DNA of 64,000 nt, from the NCBI RefSeq assembly GCF_006345805.1, contig NC_043022.1, positions 22,196,001 to 22,260,000 on the forward strand, written 5' to 3'. The position numbers were made by a program, and so were the translations under genes. The notes beneath the pieces were generated by a model that had not been told where the DNA came from, did not search any database, and saw only the letters and a list, made by a program, of their open reading frames with translations. Of this stretch, positions 1 to 13,928 are shown piece by piece. How positions within the stretch are numbered: position 1 is the first letter of the stretch; the number at the start of each line of letters is the position of its first letter. The DNA comes from Octopus sinensis. Taxonomy: Eukaryota.

Positions 1-748
1 TGACGACAACAAAAATCAACGAGCCACAATCTCCGCTGGTTTGCTTGCTCATCACTGCTCAACTCATGGACACAAGCAACAATTTCTTTACCGAATCATT
101 ACTGGCGACGAAAACTGGTGCCTGTACATCAATATGAAGCAGCATAAGGAATTGCTTAGCCCCAGTAAACAAGCGACACCATGTGTGAAACCAGATCATC
201 ATCTGTGTAAAACAATGTTGTGTGTATGGTGGGACTGGGAAGGGATTATCCATTACGAATTGCTTGAACAGAACCAAACAGTCAATGTAGAACTCTATGT
301 TCAACAGATGGAACGACTCAACATGGATATTCAAGAGAAAAGACCTAATCGGCAGTATGGAGTTCTTCTGCTGCACGACATCGCCCGCCCTCATATCGCC
401 AATATGACCAAGGAAGCCATTCAAACGCATGGCTGGGTAGTGCTGCCACACCTGCCGTACTCTCCTGATTTGACGCCAACGGATTTCCACCTCTTTCGCT
501 CTCTTTCAAATGCTGTGCGTGGAGTTTCGTTCAATATTGATGCAGAATTGAGAGCTTGGTTGGATCAATTTTTCAAGTCGAAATCGGGTGATTTCTACCA
601 ATAAGGTAGTGAAAATCTTGTTGAATGTTGGGAAGAAGTTGTAAACAACAAGGGTGAAAACATTATTGATTAATTAGTTATTTTTTATTAAACCTTTAAA
701 AAAATTTAGATTTAAAAAAACAGCAGGAACTTAGTTGCCGACCTCATA
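1..748 (+). mobile_element. Mariner (DD34D) transposon, 3' part with right TIR, decayed
   Basis: ORF 41-604 has ITGDENW, MLCVWWD, LLHDIARPH and YSPDLTPTDFHLF. Premature stop at 602-604. TIR-like gaacttagttgccgacctca followed by TA at ~727-748. Confidence 0.9.
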
Positions 749-2271
749 TATATTAAATAATGTTCTGTATGTAAACAAACTAAATTTATTAGTATTTAAG
801 TCCATGTTAATATAATTAATGCATAATTAATACCGCTAACCATTTCGCCTGGTGTGCTAACATTTCTGCCAGCATACACATGTCAGTTTCTGCCAACCAA
901 CATCACACACACATACATATAAACTCAAAACAGACCAGGCACACATTACAAAAGGTTTGTATACTTCAGCAGATAAACACACATACACGCTTTACAGGTA
1001 AGATAAGTTTCTTTGAATAAATGATACATTCTGACAAACACATATATATATATATATATATATACACAAACATACAAATACACACAGACACATAAACAAA
1101 AACACACCACAGGAAAAGAGGTGACAGTTTTTCTAAATTCCAGAGTGTTTAATTTCATATGTGATGATGTAGAAATAGCGGTGAGTTCATGAAGCATGAG
1201 AAAACAAATGAGTCCATGAAGTGTGAAACACCAGCAGTAATAGTAAAGCATGATAACTACGTACTTTTACCCAAATCTTCAGCAATTCCAGCCATCATCT
1301 CTGACAAAGATAAAGCCAAGTGTGTGACATCTAAAGTGGTCAGAACTAGAATTGTGCTTGTGTGTATGTAGGTATATATATCATCATCATCATCGTTTAA
1401 CATCCGCTTTCCATGCTAGCATGGATTGGATGATTTGACTGAGGACTGGCGAACCAGATGGCTGCACCAGGCTCCAATCTTGATCAGCCAGAGTTTCTAC
1501 AGCTGGATGCCCTTCCTAAAGCCAACCACTCTGAGAATGTATAGTGTGTGTGTGTGTGTGTGTGTATGTGAACTTTAGGTTAGTTAAAATATGTTTGTGA
1601 TATATTTCACCTTCTAAAGGCAAATTCACTGCAGTTTTTGTGGAGAAAAAAAAATTTCTCTCTGATGATAAAAGGTTTAAGAATACCATCTCTGCCCAGT
1701 GTTGCCTCTGTCAGATTCCCAGAAGCAGCGATTCTAGCTCTTTAGCTGTTATCAATGTGAAATACTGAAGAGAGGTAATCCAAGATAGATTAAAAGCTGC
1801 AGCTTTAACTAAAACAAAGTCAACATTGAGTGAGCTGTGCCATTATTCCACCAAGCACAGATAACACACTGGGCTGCCAGTCAGGCCATAAGGGTGCAAC
1901 AAACATGTACCACTTGGTTTTGTGGCACCTCCATTGATAACATGTCTGGTCACATACTTACACATGAATTAGTGTACAGGTACATATTAACATGCTCCCA
2001 TCTATGCCCGCACCCAAAGACATATTCAAACAGATGTTACATTTATACCTGCCTACACAAAACACATGTATTGCATCCTAACAGCCTTGCCAGCTGTTTG
2101 ATGTGATATCTGCAGACCCACATCCCTTCCATCTTGTAAGGCCACGTAAGTGCGACCTATTTCTCTGGTCAGCAGTTCACTCCGATTCCTAACAACAATA
2201 ATTTGACACTGTGGTTGTGAGGCCGTGTTTTCCACTCTTCCTCCTCCACCTCCTTCCACTCTCCCTCTATA

Positions 2272-2507
2272 CCTATTTCTTTACTACCCACAAGGGGCTA
2301 AACACAGAGAGGACAAACAAGGACAGACAAACGGATTAAGTCAATTATATTGATCCCAGTGCGTAACTGGTACTTAATTTATCGCCCCCCCGAAAGGATG
2401 AAAGGCAAAGTCAACCTCAGCGGAATTTGAACTCACAACGTAACAGCAGACGAAATACAGCTACGCATTTCGCCCGGCATGCTAACCTTTCTGCCAGCTC
2501 GCCGTCT
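2272..2507 (-). mobile_element. SINE family B (~235 bp, tRNA-like head)
   Basis: Consensus ggcggcgagctggcagaaacgttagc...gagttcaaattcc...ccccttgtgggtagtaaagaaatag. Other copies at ~6772-6985(-), 10005-10238(+), 12040-12275(-), 20350-20560(+), 40290-40512(+), 44452-44688(+), 48640-48855(-), 58690-59075(-, nested pair). Confidence 0.85.
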
Positions 2508-3298
2508 TTCATGCCATTGTGTGCGTGTAGTATCTATGTTATTTGAGGGAGATTTGTTAACTATTTTTAACAAGTCAAGCAACCACATTGAGTGATAAGA
2601 AAGTATCTAGCAGGGTGGAGATCCATGTAGTCACTCTTCTTGCTAGAAATAGCAATTACATATAGTTCAATGAATACTAACATACCTAATGCAGTGAGCA
2701 AAACAAATTTTCAATTGATTAAAACTGCTCTTGCAATGGGGAGAGGAAACCAATTTTAATGATTAATGCTAATAAAATTTAATCAAGACAAAGGGCAACA
2801 ACTCAGAAATTTTAATTAATTGAAATTTGAATTTCAATGGAGTGAGGAAATAAAGATGTCATTATCTCCAAGATTGATATTAATTTAATATCTTTGGCAT
2901 GTGTAGTGGAAACTCCAAATAATTTAATCTACTATTATCCCTGACTATAAAAGTATCTGTGACTTTGCCAGAATGGGAGTTACTATATGATTTTCACATG
3001 AACCTCTCTCTCTCTCTCACACACACACACACATAAACACAGCAAAATACAAATACACACATCACATTTCGATTGTCCAACAAACTGCAACAAACTCCTT
3101 GTTACCACTGGCAACCAATAATGCCAAGCTCCGACATATTCGCACACAAGACAATGTGTTAATCTGAACTGCTAGAATTAACTAACCCCTCCCCCCACGC
3201 TTAAATCAAACTACCATCTTTTGCTGAACCGCTAGGTTATGGGGGGACATAAACACACCAGCATCGGTTGTCAAGCGATGTTGGGGGGGGGGGCACAG

Positions 3299-3352
<54 letters not shown>

Positions 3353-3528
3353 GCACATATATAGGACGGGCTTCTTTCAGTTTCCGTCTACCAAATCCAC
3401 TCACAGGGCTTTGGTCGGCCCGAAGCTATAGTAGGAGACACTTGCGCAAGGTGCCACGCAGTGAGACTGAACCCAGAACCATGTGGTTCGTAAGCAAGCT
3501 ACTTACCACACAGCTGCTCCTACGCCTA

Positions 3529-3880
3529 TATATACCTCTAAAAAGAAGGAGATTTGGAGTGAAGTAATTTTTTTGTGTGAAGCAAAGACTGGATGTGTGT
3601 ATAGAGTAATTCTTTATGTTGGTAAAGGAACACAGTTTGATTCAAAATACAGTGAATATCCCATGAGTTCTCATGTTGTGTTGTCTCCAATGAAGCCTTT
3701 ATTTGGTAAACATCATTGTGTTACTGTGGGTAGCTTTTACACTAGTCCACAATTAGCAGATACTCTGGTTAGTCACTACACTGATATTTATGGAACTTTC
3801 CGTTTGAATAGAAAGGAAATGCCTGAACAGCTGAAAAGGGCAAAACTGAAAAAAGGGGAAATTGCAGCATTTCAGTTTTT
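3529..3880 (+). mobile_element. piggyBac-type (PGBD4-like) transposase fragment, frameshifted
   Basis: YIPLKRRRFGVK in one frame, then LCEAKTGCVYRVILYVGK...SFYTSPQLAD...YGTFRLNRKEMPEQLKRAKLKKGE in another. Confidence 0.85.
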
Positions 3881-4159
3881 TAGTTATGGAAATTGAAAAA
3901 AATATAATTATAAAAAAAAAAGATTTTTGAGAAGACATGTTAAAAAAAAATTAAAATATTTAATTTCCCTAAAGTGAAGCTGTGTGGTAAGTAGCTTGCT
4001 TACGAACCACGTGGTTCTGGGTTCAGTCCCACTGCATGGCACCTTGGGCAAGTGTCTTCTACTATAGCCTTGGGCCGACCAAAGCCTTGTAAGTGGATTT
4101 GGTAGACAGAAACTGAAAGAAGCCCGTCGTATATATGTGTGTGTATATGTATGTATGTG

Positions 4160-4198
<39 letters not shown>

Positions 4199-4211
4199 AA
4201 AACTGATTCTA

Positions 4212-4263
4212 GCAAAAACTGTCCGATGAACGGCAACGGGAAACTCAGAGTAACAGGTTTTGT
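4212..4263 (+). ncRNA. Degenerate minimal type I hammerhead ribozyme in a ~95 bp insert inside a SINE (TA)n tract
   Basis: GCAAAAACUGU-CCGAUGA-ACGGCAACGG-GAAA-CUCAGAG-UA-ACAGGUUUUGU. Stem I 10 of 11 paired, core U4C variant, weak stem II. Confidence 0.6.
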
Positions 4264-4749
4264 TGAATTTTCTGCTGCTTTAAATAAAGTATATATATAT
4301 ATGTATATGTGTATATGTTTGTGTGTCTGTGTCCCCCCCACAAAGAGATTTTTTATGATAAAGTTGGAAAAAAAAAGCAATGAATAAAAAATATTTTTTA
4401 AATATGGGTAGAGTTATCTCAGTTTTGCCAAAAACGGTATCTTTAAAATAAAATTTCAAGTAAAATATTGGACATTTGAGTCTGTTTGAGCAGTGAAGCT
4501 TCTAGTTTTTACAAAGTCACTTGTGCCACTGTGCGACTTCTTTATATGACGATCTTCTGATGCTGTAGAACACAAAATGTGTACCATCGTGGAGAGGAAG
4601 AGAAAATTCCCTTTCTCTTAAGCTTTAATTTCAATTTTAAAATTCTCCGAATCTTGAAACAATATACAAAAACTAACTGAATTCTGAATTACAATATTTT
4701 ATGTTTGTCAAAAAGATAACAAAGAAATCCCTTTCTTTCAGGCTTTTTG

Positions 4750-5400
4750 AGTGGGACAGTACCTTGTAGGATACTAAACTGTTGCAGAGAGGAAAATGTT
4801 TCCACTTCGATAAGTTGTTAAACATTTATACTGTGGGTATATCAACAATATACTTTAATTTCCAAATTAAATCACTTCTTTCTGGTCCTTCAGTTAAAAA
4901 TTTTCTGAAAAATCTTCTTGAATGATCACTTCACCAGTTTTCAGGTTTTCATTCAGGAACTTGAGCTCTGCAAACTGCTGCTTAATGTTGTCAATGTGTC
5001 TGACGAACAGCTGTAGTTGCTCCACAAGATCTTTTGCCTTAGCAATTGAGCATTCCTGCAACAGCGTTCTCACTCACTTATCTTCGCTAGTCACCCACTA
5101 ATAAAACTCCAAGGAATCTTCATTAGCATCAGCAAACACTTCATCTACTGGCTCAGTAACTCCACATTTTGGATATTCTCTGTCTACACAACATTTCTGC
5201 TCAAGGCTGTAGACTGTTTGCATTAGGACTTCACACATTTTCTGCAACAGACTTCCTCTCTGCAACAAAGAAATACTGATGTACCTTGGACAGAATACAA
5301 ATACATCTGGCCATTTTGAAAACATTATTGAGTAGCTCTGGTCTAAAAACAGAGGTTCTGAAATGCAAGTTCTGAATTGGCCATTTGTGTGAGAACTCAC
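4750..5400 (-). mobile_element. Decayed DNA transposase remnant (DFSENY-motif family, possibly Sola-like)
   Basis: Minus-strand reading through stops gives LQLFVRHIDNIKQQFAELKFLNENLKTGEVIIQEDFSENF after a Cys-rich segment. Family name is from memory of the motif only. Confidence 0.5.
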
Positions 5401-5476
5401 AAGTCTTACAGTCTTTCGTTACTGTATTTATTTCGAGATGCTCTGTATTTCTTTCAATTATTTTAAGTATAACAAA

Positions 5477-5898
5477 TCATCATCATCTTCATTTAGCATC
5501 CGCTTTCCATGCTAGCATGGGTTGGACGGTTCAACTAGGGCTGGGAAGCCAGAAGGCTGCACCAGGCCCAGTCTGATCTGGCAATGTTTCTACGGCTGGA
5601 CGCCCTTCCTAACGCCAACCACTACATGAGAGTAGTGGGTGCTTTTTACGTGCCACTGGCACAGGTGCCAGACGGGGCTAGCAAACGGCTACGATCGGAT
5701 AGTGCTTTTTACATGCCACCGGTACGGGGGCCAGGCAAGGCTGGCAACGGCCACAATTGGATGGTGCTTTTTACGTGCCACCGGCACGAGGCCAGTCGGG
5801 ACGGCGCTGGCAACGGCCACGTTCGGATGGTTCTCTTACGTACCACTGGCACTGGTATCACAGCTGCAATTTCCATTGATGTTGATCGATTTCGATGA
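5477..5898 (-). mobile_element. Repeat family D: (GAT)n-tailed retroelement with internal ~50-60 bp tandem units
   Basis: Tail ...gtccaacccatgctagcatggaaagcggacgttaaacgatgatgat and repeated ggtggcacgtaaaaagcacc units. Other copies at ~1379-1540, 15389-15670, 24610-24920, 35325-35487, 42404-42743, 44030-44310, 46557-47050, 48865-49090. This copy interrupts a TTAA MITE (~5415-6065). Confidence 0.8.
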
Positions 5899-7350
5899 CG
5901 TTAAAGTATTTAGTAAAATAACTTTGTTATAATTAAGCTAGTGTTAGGAACATAAATTGTGACTAAAGGTTTGGTGGAAGATTTTAATTCAGAACTTTTA
6001 AAAACAAGACATTTGTATTACAAAGCCAGAGCCAGTTTCAGCCGGGTTGGTAACAAAAGGGTTAAAATGTTGCAAAGGGGAAAATCATTTCTTGGACAAG
6101 AAATACTGCTGTTTCTCTGAAGCAGGTTTAGGTTTTCAGCAGTACTGAATATTTGTTCCCTTGAGGAGTCCATGTCTCAGTACTTTTAACCAGTTGAAGT
6201 TTTTTCTATTTCTGTCTAGCAAGAAAAAAAAAAAAAAAATTTCCCCTCCGCAATGGCCAAAATTAGAAATTATGAAAATTATGATAATTTATGTATAAGC
6301 AACAGTAGACCGACAATCATTTTCCCTGTTTTCACAGACTATGATTATTATGAAAAAAATTAATAAGAAATTTTTTTTCCAAATAAACAAACTTTATTTT
6401 TGATTTTTGTGTAAACAAAATACTGTGGAATGGCCCACTAATGCTGAGGGCTTAACAACTACAAAGACACACATTAGATACATTAATACTAAGAGCTTAA
6501 CAACAACTATAACAAGGAAGGACACATTAGATAATGTAGTCCAAGATACACAAATGTTGAAGCCTTAGCAACAACTAAAAGGAAGGACATTTGATAATGT
6601 AATCCTAGATATTGTTATTCTGAGGGTTTAACAAAAACAATAGGAAGGACACATTAGACAATGTAGTTCTGGATATAGTGAATAAAATAGGGGATATTCA
6701 TGTTGAAATATTTGATCATCAACAAGTCTGCTGGTTCATAGCTGGCCTGGGGTTTAACAACACAATATATACCTATTTCTTTACTACCCACCAGGGGCTA
6801 AACACAGACACACGGATTAAGTCAATTACATCGACCCCAGTGCATAACTGGTACTTAATTTATTGACCCCGAAAGGATGAAAAGCAAAGTCGACCTCGGC
6901 GGAATTTGAACTCAGAACGTAACAGCAGACGAAATACGGCTACGCATTTTGCCCGGTGTGCTAACGTTTCTGCCAGATCACCACCAATATATACCACCCA
7001 ACAAGAGAACCCACCCCTACAACATTTGATTTACAGGAAATAGCAACCAATCACCTCCAGATCACACTTTACCATTTTAAGAGAAACATTGGACAATGGA
7101 GATTCTGGTATCAATACAAATGTATTGATACTTTCAGCAGGAGTGGCCGTGTGGTAAGTAGCTTGTTTACCAACCACATGGTTCCGGGTTCATTCCCACT
7201 GCGTGGCACCTTGGGCAAGTGTCTTCTACTATAGCCTCGGGCCAACCAAAGCCTTGTGAGTGGATTTGGTAGGCAGAAACTGAAAGAAAGCCATCGTATA
7301 TATGCATATATATATATATATATATATATATGCATATATACGATATATGC

Positions 7351-7382
<32 letters not shown>

Positions 7383-8135
7383 TTGTGTGTCTGTGTTCGT
7401 CCCCCCCAACATCGCTTGACAACCGCTGCTGGTGTGTTTACGTCCTTGTAACTTAGCGGTTCAGCAAAAAAGAATGACAGAATAAGTACTAAGTACTAGG
7501 CTTACAAAGAATAAGTCCTGGGGTTGATATGCTCGACTAAAGGCGGTGCTCCAGCATGGCCGCAGTCAAATGACTGAAACAAGTAAAAGAGTATAATAGA
7601 TTGGTGTCACACCTGAACAAATAAATCAACCATGATTCATCGCTAAAGTTTTAATTATCAGAAATATTTTATCATGATTAGAGAAAAAGGAATTTATCAG
7701 TAATATTAGTGGTGGTGGTTGTCTCTAGGACTACACTGTCTAATGTGTCTTTCTTTATTCAAGACAATAGTGTATGTTGTGTGTGCGTGGCTGCTTTACT
7801 AGAAGGCCGACTGACAATATAGACCCTCCTTTGTTGTTGTTTAGCCCCAGGCCAATTTTAACTGAGCAGACATATCATTGAAACCATTCCAGCCATGCAT
7901 TTCATCTATTCTCTATACTCTTTACTCTTTTACTTGTTTCAGTCATTTGACTGCGGCCATGCTGGAGTACCGCCTTTAATCGAGCAACTCGACCCCGGGA
8001 CTTATTCTTTTGTAAGCCCAGTACTTATTCTATCGATCTCTTTTGCCGAACTGCTAAGTAACGGGGACGTAAACACACCAGCATCGGTTGTCAAGCAATG
8101 CTAGGGGGACAAACACAGACACACAAACATACACG

Positions 8136-8167
<32 letters not shown>

Positions 8168-8709
8168 CATATATACGACGGGCTTCTTTCAGTTTCCGCC
8201 TACCAAATCCACTCACAAGGCACCGGTCGGCCCGGGGCTATAGCAGAAGACACTTGCCCAAGGTGCCATGCAGTGGGACTGAACCCGGAACCATGTGGTT
8301 GGTTAGCAAGCTACTTACCACACAGCCACTCCTGCGCCAATGCACAGAGAATCCACATTATTGAATGTGTCTTTTTTTTAAAACAGTACAGCACAATTTG
8401 AGGGAGATTTAGCTGTTATTTCTACCAAGATGAGCAAATATATAGAGGGTCCCTTGTTAGAAAGGACTAGCAGTGCTCGTATCTCTATATGGTGTTTAGC
8501 TGCATTTCTTTACATTCAAAGTGCATTCAGAGTCCAAATCTTGCTGAAGTCAATTTCAACTAATCAAATCTGGGGTTGATATTATTCTTTTTCTATTTTC
8601 AGCCAACAGGCTGTGGTCGTGTTGGGGGTAGAGTAATGATTATTATTCAACGAGGTGGATTTGTAGAATCATGAGACCATCCATACAAAAAAAAAAAAAA
8701 AAAAATTCA

Positions 8710-8877
8710 GGCGCAGGAGTGGCTGTGTGGTAAGTAGCTCACTTACCAACCACATGGTTCTGGGTTCAGTCCCACTGCGTGGCATCTTGGGCAAGCGTCT
8801 TCTACTATAGCCTCGGGCCAACCAAAGCCTTGTGAGTGGATTTGGTAGACGGAAAATGAAAAGAAGCCCGTTGTAAG

Positions 8878-8914
<37 letters not shown>

Positions 8915-9103
8915 TTGTCTTCCCAACATCGCTTGACAACCAATGCTGGTGTGTTTACATCGCTGTAACTTAGCGGTTCGGCAAAAGAGACCAATAGAAT
9001 AAGTACTAGGCTTACAAAGAATAAGTCCTGGGGTCGATTTGCTTGACTAAAGGCGGTGCTCCAGCATGGCCGCAGTCAAATGACTGAAACAAGTAAAAGA
9101 GAG
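8710..9103 (+). mobile_element. SINE family A (tRNA-like head, internal (TA)n(TG)n tract, CR1-type tail)
   Basis: Head ggcgcaggagtggctgtgtggtaag...gggttcagtccc, tail ggcggtgctccagcatggccgcagtcaaatgactgaaac(aagtaaaag)n. Other copies at ~3219-3528(-), 3977-4340(+), 7136-7592(+), 7915-8337(-), 11113-11478, 12770-13135(-), 19685-20068(-), 24165-24525(+), 33190-33565(+), 34715-35180(-), 36955-37265(-), 38680-39170(-), 41218-41380(+), 46050-46456(-), 52043-52320(+), 53775-54168(-), 61912-62032(+). Confidence 0.9.
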
Positions 9104-9222
9104 TATTTAGTTATTTATATTCTGAGTTCAAATCCAGTTGTATAAAGTTGACTTTATTTTAATGATCCAGGAAATATGAACAATAAAGTACCTGCCGTAT
9201 ACTACATACAGTCCATCGAATA

Positions 9223-9574
9223 CAGGGGCTCTCAACCGGGTTCATATAAGACTTTAAGAGGCCCATAAATGCAATATAATAAATTGGGGTCCATGGTAAT
9301 TATTTAGGGGCCATGAAAAAATTGTGCTTCATACCAGCACAGTTTATATGCAATTACTGGTTATACATCCACAATAGTGGATGTATAACCAATTTATTGC
9401 GTATAAAAGTTTGACTGCACAAAATATTTTAAGAATTTTTATGTAAGTCCTAATAATATTTAATTATAAAAATACAATAGGATTTTTTTTAAAACATTGA
9501 AAGGCTAAGAAGGTCCATCCAAGTAAAATAGGAATCAAAGGGGTCCATAGGTAAAAAATGGTTGAGAACCCCCG
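9223..9574. mobile_element. hAT/Charlie-like MITE
   Basis: Imperfect terminal inverted repeats caggggctctcaacc ... ggttgagaacccccg. Confidence 0.6.
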
Positions 9575-11002
9575 ATATTAAGACCAAACCCACTCTCAAT
9601 ATGCAGCCTGGTAACTATGTTAGAAATTGGTGGAAATACTAATGTTATTACTGGAAATAATTAAAATTTTAAAAAGGAAAAAGTTTAAATGCTTAGAAAT
9701 AATCAAATATAAATATTTCATAGGGAATTGAATAAATGTATTTAGTATGAGAGAGGGGGGGAGTTAGAGGGAGACAGACGGACAGACAGTGAGAGAGAAC
9801 AAGTGATGAGAGAATGACAAAAAAAAAGTAGAGAATAACAGATAGTGACAGACTAAGAGGAAGAAAGATGTGAAAGGCAGAAAGAAAAATAAGGGCCTGT
9901 CCTTATTTTTATTTTCCTTACTGCATGACAGAGGGACAGAAAGAGAGAGATAAAGAGAAACAGTGAAACTGAAGGTATTAGTAACACTAGATATTATAGC
10001 AGAAAGGGCAGCGAGCTGGTAGAAATGTTAGTACGCCGGGCGAAATGCGTAGCAGTATTTCGTCTGCCGTTACGTTCTGAGTTCAAATTCCGCCGAGGTC
10101 GACTTTGCCTTTCATCCTTTCGGGGTTGATAAATTAAGTACCAGTTACGCACTGGGGTCGATGTAATTGACTTAATCCCTCTGTCTGTCCTTGTTTGTCC
10201 CCTCTGTGTTTAGCGCCTCGTGGGTAGTAAAGAAATAGATATTATAGTGGAAATATCAACATTGAATGTAGTGATAGCAATGGGAGCATTTTAGAAGTGT
10301 TGCATGTTTTTTTTTTATACAAATATTGGACCCATCCCCATTGCTAAGCTCCTGTAAATTAGTTAACTGGGTAGCCAGTCCAGCTGGTAGAGAGTATATT
10401 CAACAAGACAGTATCAACACACAATCTCAGCTCCTATGAACTAGTTCACTTTCTTCACCCTGCAGATCTCTCTCACTACCCACATGGTCACCACTCAAAT
10501 ACTTACCATCAAAGACCAAGCCGAACACCAACCTAGTCATTCTGGCAAGGCAGGAAGGACCTACAGGAGATGTGGGCACTTCCCTTCTTTTCACAGACTA
10601 ATTATAATAATCATATAAAAACAGTCACCATGATGATGCCAATGAGTCAAACGATCCAAATGACAATATTAGCTTGACTATGATTAACACAGAAATGCCA
10701 CATTTAATTAAGAGTTCAGTATTTTATAATTTATGTATTAGTCAGTTGTAATTTAAAGAGACGACTAATACCAACAACTATACAGTCTTTTACTGGTGTC
10801 AGTTACTAGAATGCTGCTGTGTTTGGGACACTGCCTTGAAGGGATTTTAGCTGCTTACACTGATCCCATAACTTATTTTAGTTTGGTGTTAATGCCGTAG
10901 GTCTCTATGGAGTGGTTAGGTTACCTTTTTTGTTATAAAGGGATATAATTTGAAACACTCGTTTACATCAGTACAGACACAAACAGACATAAAAATGAGA
11001 TG

Positions 11003-11107
11003 AGTGTGTGTGTGTGTGTCTGTGAATGTGTGTGTGTGTCTGTGAATGTGTGTGTGTGTCTGTGAATGTGTGTGTGTGTCTGTGAATGTGTGTGTGTGTC
11101 TGTGAAT
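11003..11107. repeat. 20-bp minisatellite (tgtgaatgtgtgtgtgtgtc), ~5 units
   Basis: Directly visible tandem units. Confidence 0.9.
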
Positions 11108-11265
11108 AAATAAGAGTGGCTGTGTGGTAAGTAGCTTGCTTACCAACCACATGGTTCCAGGTTCAGTCCCACTGTGTAGCACCTTGGACAAGTGTCTTCT
11201 ACTATAGCCTCGGGCCGACCAGAGACTTTTAAGTGGATTTTGTTGATGGAAACTGAAAGAAACCA

Positions 11266-11314
<49 letters not shown>

Positions 11315-13629
11315 GACGGGCTTCTTTCAGTTTCTGTCTACCAAATCCACTCACAAGGCTTTGGTTGGCCCGTGGCTATAGTAGAAGACACTTGCCCAAG
11401 GTGCCACGCAGTGGGAATGAACCTGGAACCATGTGGTTGATAAGCAAGATACTTACCACACAGCCACTCCTGCGCCTACATTGAATATTTCTTTTATACA
11501 TACTCACCCTGTAAACATGGGTTCAAATCTTGTTTACAAAAGATGGACCTTTAACTTCAATAACTCTTTTAACTTTTCAAGTTTTCTGTTTTTGTTACTC
11601 ATATCAAAAATTTTTACCAATTTGTATTGATAAAAATTCTTCTGCAAACTCTAGTAATTTCAAAATTTCCTAGGGTAAGATTTTCAGAGCTGTTAATCTT
11701 GTTTAGTGCAGAAGAATTAGGGACTTCGAATTAGTAAAACAATAAAAGGGAAAGAAAGTTGTAAAGGTCAAAGTTGAAAACAGTAAGGTTTGTTTTGATG
11801 AATAAGAGAAGTAATGTGTTAGGTAGGATGCTTTGTCAAAGAGAAAAGATTTAGATTGACTGATGGAAGATACAGATGTAACTGTACACATGGCTTAGTG
11901 GTTAGGTTTTGATTCCTGGACCGGGCGATGCATTGTATTCTTGAGCAAAACACTTCATTTCACGTTGCTCCAGTCCACTCAGAGTGGCAAAAATGAGTCA
12001 TCCTGCAACGGACCGGTGTCCTGTCCAGGTGGGGAATTTCTTATTTCTTTATTGCCCATAAGGGGCTAAACATAGAGGGGACAAACAAGGACAGACAAAG
12101 GGATGAAGTCGATTACATCGACCCCAGTGCATAACTGGTACTTTATTTATCCACCCCGAAAGGATGAAAGGCAAAGTCGACCTCGGCGGAATTTGAACTC
12201 AGAACGTAACGGCAGATGAACTACTGGTAAGCATTTCACCCGGCGTGCTAACATTTCTGCCACCTCGCCGCCTTCAGGTGTGGAATTTCTACGCCACTGA
12301 AACCGGGAAACTGGCACTTATGAGCCTGGCATGGCTCAAGAAGGAACAACCTCATATATAATAGTTACAATGTAATCACTGTGACTTAAGTTTATGATTC
12401 ATGTCGGTGTTTTCCAACTAAGATGGCATGATACCTTGAAATGTTGTCAAAGGTGATTAAAAATGATGCAAGATTTATCAGATTAGAATTGGTAAAAGAT
12501 TCAACAGTGATGAAATCAAATCCTTCAACAAACTTCGACAACAGAAATTTAATTATTGAGTGAATGAGAAGGCTTGTACATTGGTGCACATACAGCTAGA
12601 AATAACAACCAAATATCCCTCAAACAACACCTTAAAAAATGATGGACACATTGTATAATGTAGTTCAAGAACATTGTTTGGAAATAAGATAGGGTGGTGG
12701 TGGCCACAGCTGAAATTAGTTTTGATCACAGGCCTGCTGGTTTAGAACCGACTTAAGGTTAAAAAACATTTATTCTTTACTTGTTTCAGTTATTAGACTG
12801 CAGCCATATTACGGCACTGCCTTGAAGGGTTTTAGTCAGACAAATCTACCCAGTACTTTTTTTTCAAGTTTGGTAGTTATTTCATTGGTCTCTGTGCCAA
12901 TTCACTAAGTTACAGGATGTAAATAAACCAACACTGGTTGTTAAACAGTGGGTAGGAACAAACACAAAGACATAGATACAACAGGCTTCCATGCAGTTTC
13001 CAACTATCAAATTCTCTCTCAAGACTTTGGTCAGACTGGGGCTTATTATATGAGACACCTGCCCAAGGTGCAGTGCAGTGGGACTGAACCCAAAATCCAT
13101 ATGGCTGCAAAGCAAGCTTCTTAACCACACAGTTATGTCGAGCAAATTTAAATTTTCTAAATTAAAATTAATAGACATCCCAAGCAGAAATACAATATCT
13201 CACAAATGTTGGCTTTTTGTTTGTGTTTATTTTTCATTATGAAAATAAAGTAGGAGAGAACTGAGCCATGGGTTAATACAATGTCTTCCTAAGTGGGTCC
13301 CAAAGAGCATGAGTCACATTAAAAATTCTGAGATTTCACGAGATAAGGGGTCCATAAATAAAATTGAATAAAAGTTTTATTTTTTAGAAAATGCTCTTCA
13401 CCATTTTCAAAGTAAGTTATTTTATGGTTATTAATGAATAAATTTTCCAAAACAAATTGTTTCATTTAATGTTTTATAAAAATTAGATTGGTAGTGATTG
13501 TCCATAAAATAATAGGATTTTTCCACAATTTTTGGAAAACTGCAAAAAGAGTCCCATTACAAAATAAATTTATGAATCACTAGGTGGTGGACTGGCAGAA
13601 TCAATAAGGTAACAGACAAAATGCCTTGG

Positions 13630-13928
13630 TGGAGGCACATGGCTTAGTGGTTAGAGCAGCAGACTCACGGTCGAGGGATCACGGGTTCGAATCTCAGACC
13701 GGGTGATGTGTGTGTTTATGAGTGAAAATACCTAAGCTCCACGCGACTCCGGCAGAAGGTAATGGCGAACTTCTGCTGACTCTTTCGCCACAACTTTCTC
13801 TCACTCTTTCCTCCTGCATCTTGCAGCTCACCTGCGACAGACCGGCGTCCTGTCCAGGTGGGGAACCTATACGCTATGGAAACCGGGAAACCGGCCCTTA
13901 TGAGCCAGGCATGGCTCGAGAAGGAACA
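13630..13928 (+). mobile_element. SINE family C (tRNA-derived head)
   Basis: A box tggcttagtgg and B box ggttcgaatc. Related copies at ~27172-27473(+), 30195-30492(-), 31217-31580(+), more divergent ones at ~11888-12350 and 30495-30740. Confidence 0.85.

Noticed and set aside
7111-8994. Recurrent ORFs containing RLPNPLTR...RGYSRRHLPK or QIHSQGFG...EDTCPRCH
   Set aside because: Antisense translations of SINE A, repeated at every copy. Not a protein family.
13630-13700. Possible tRNA gene
   Set aside because: The tRNA-like sequence is the head of a multicopy SINE and lacks a complete acceptor stem.
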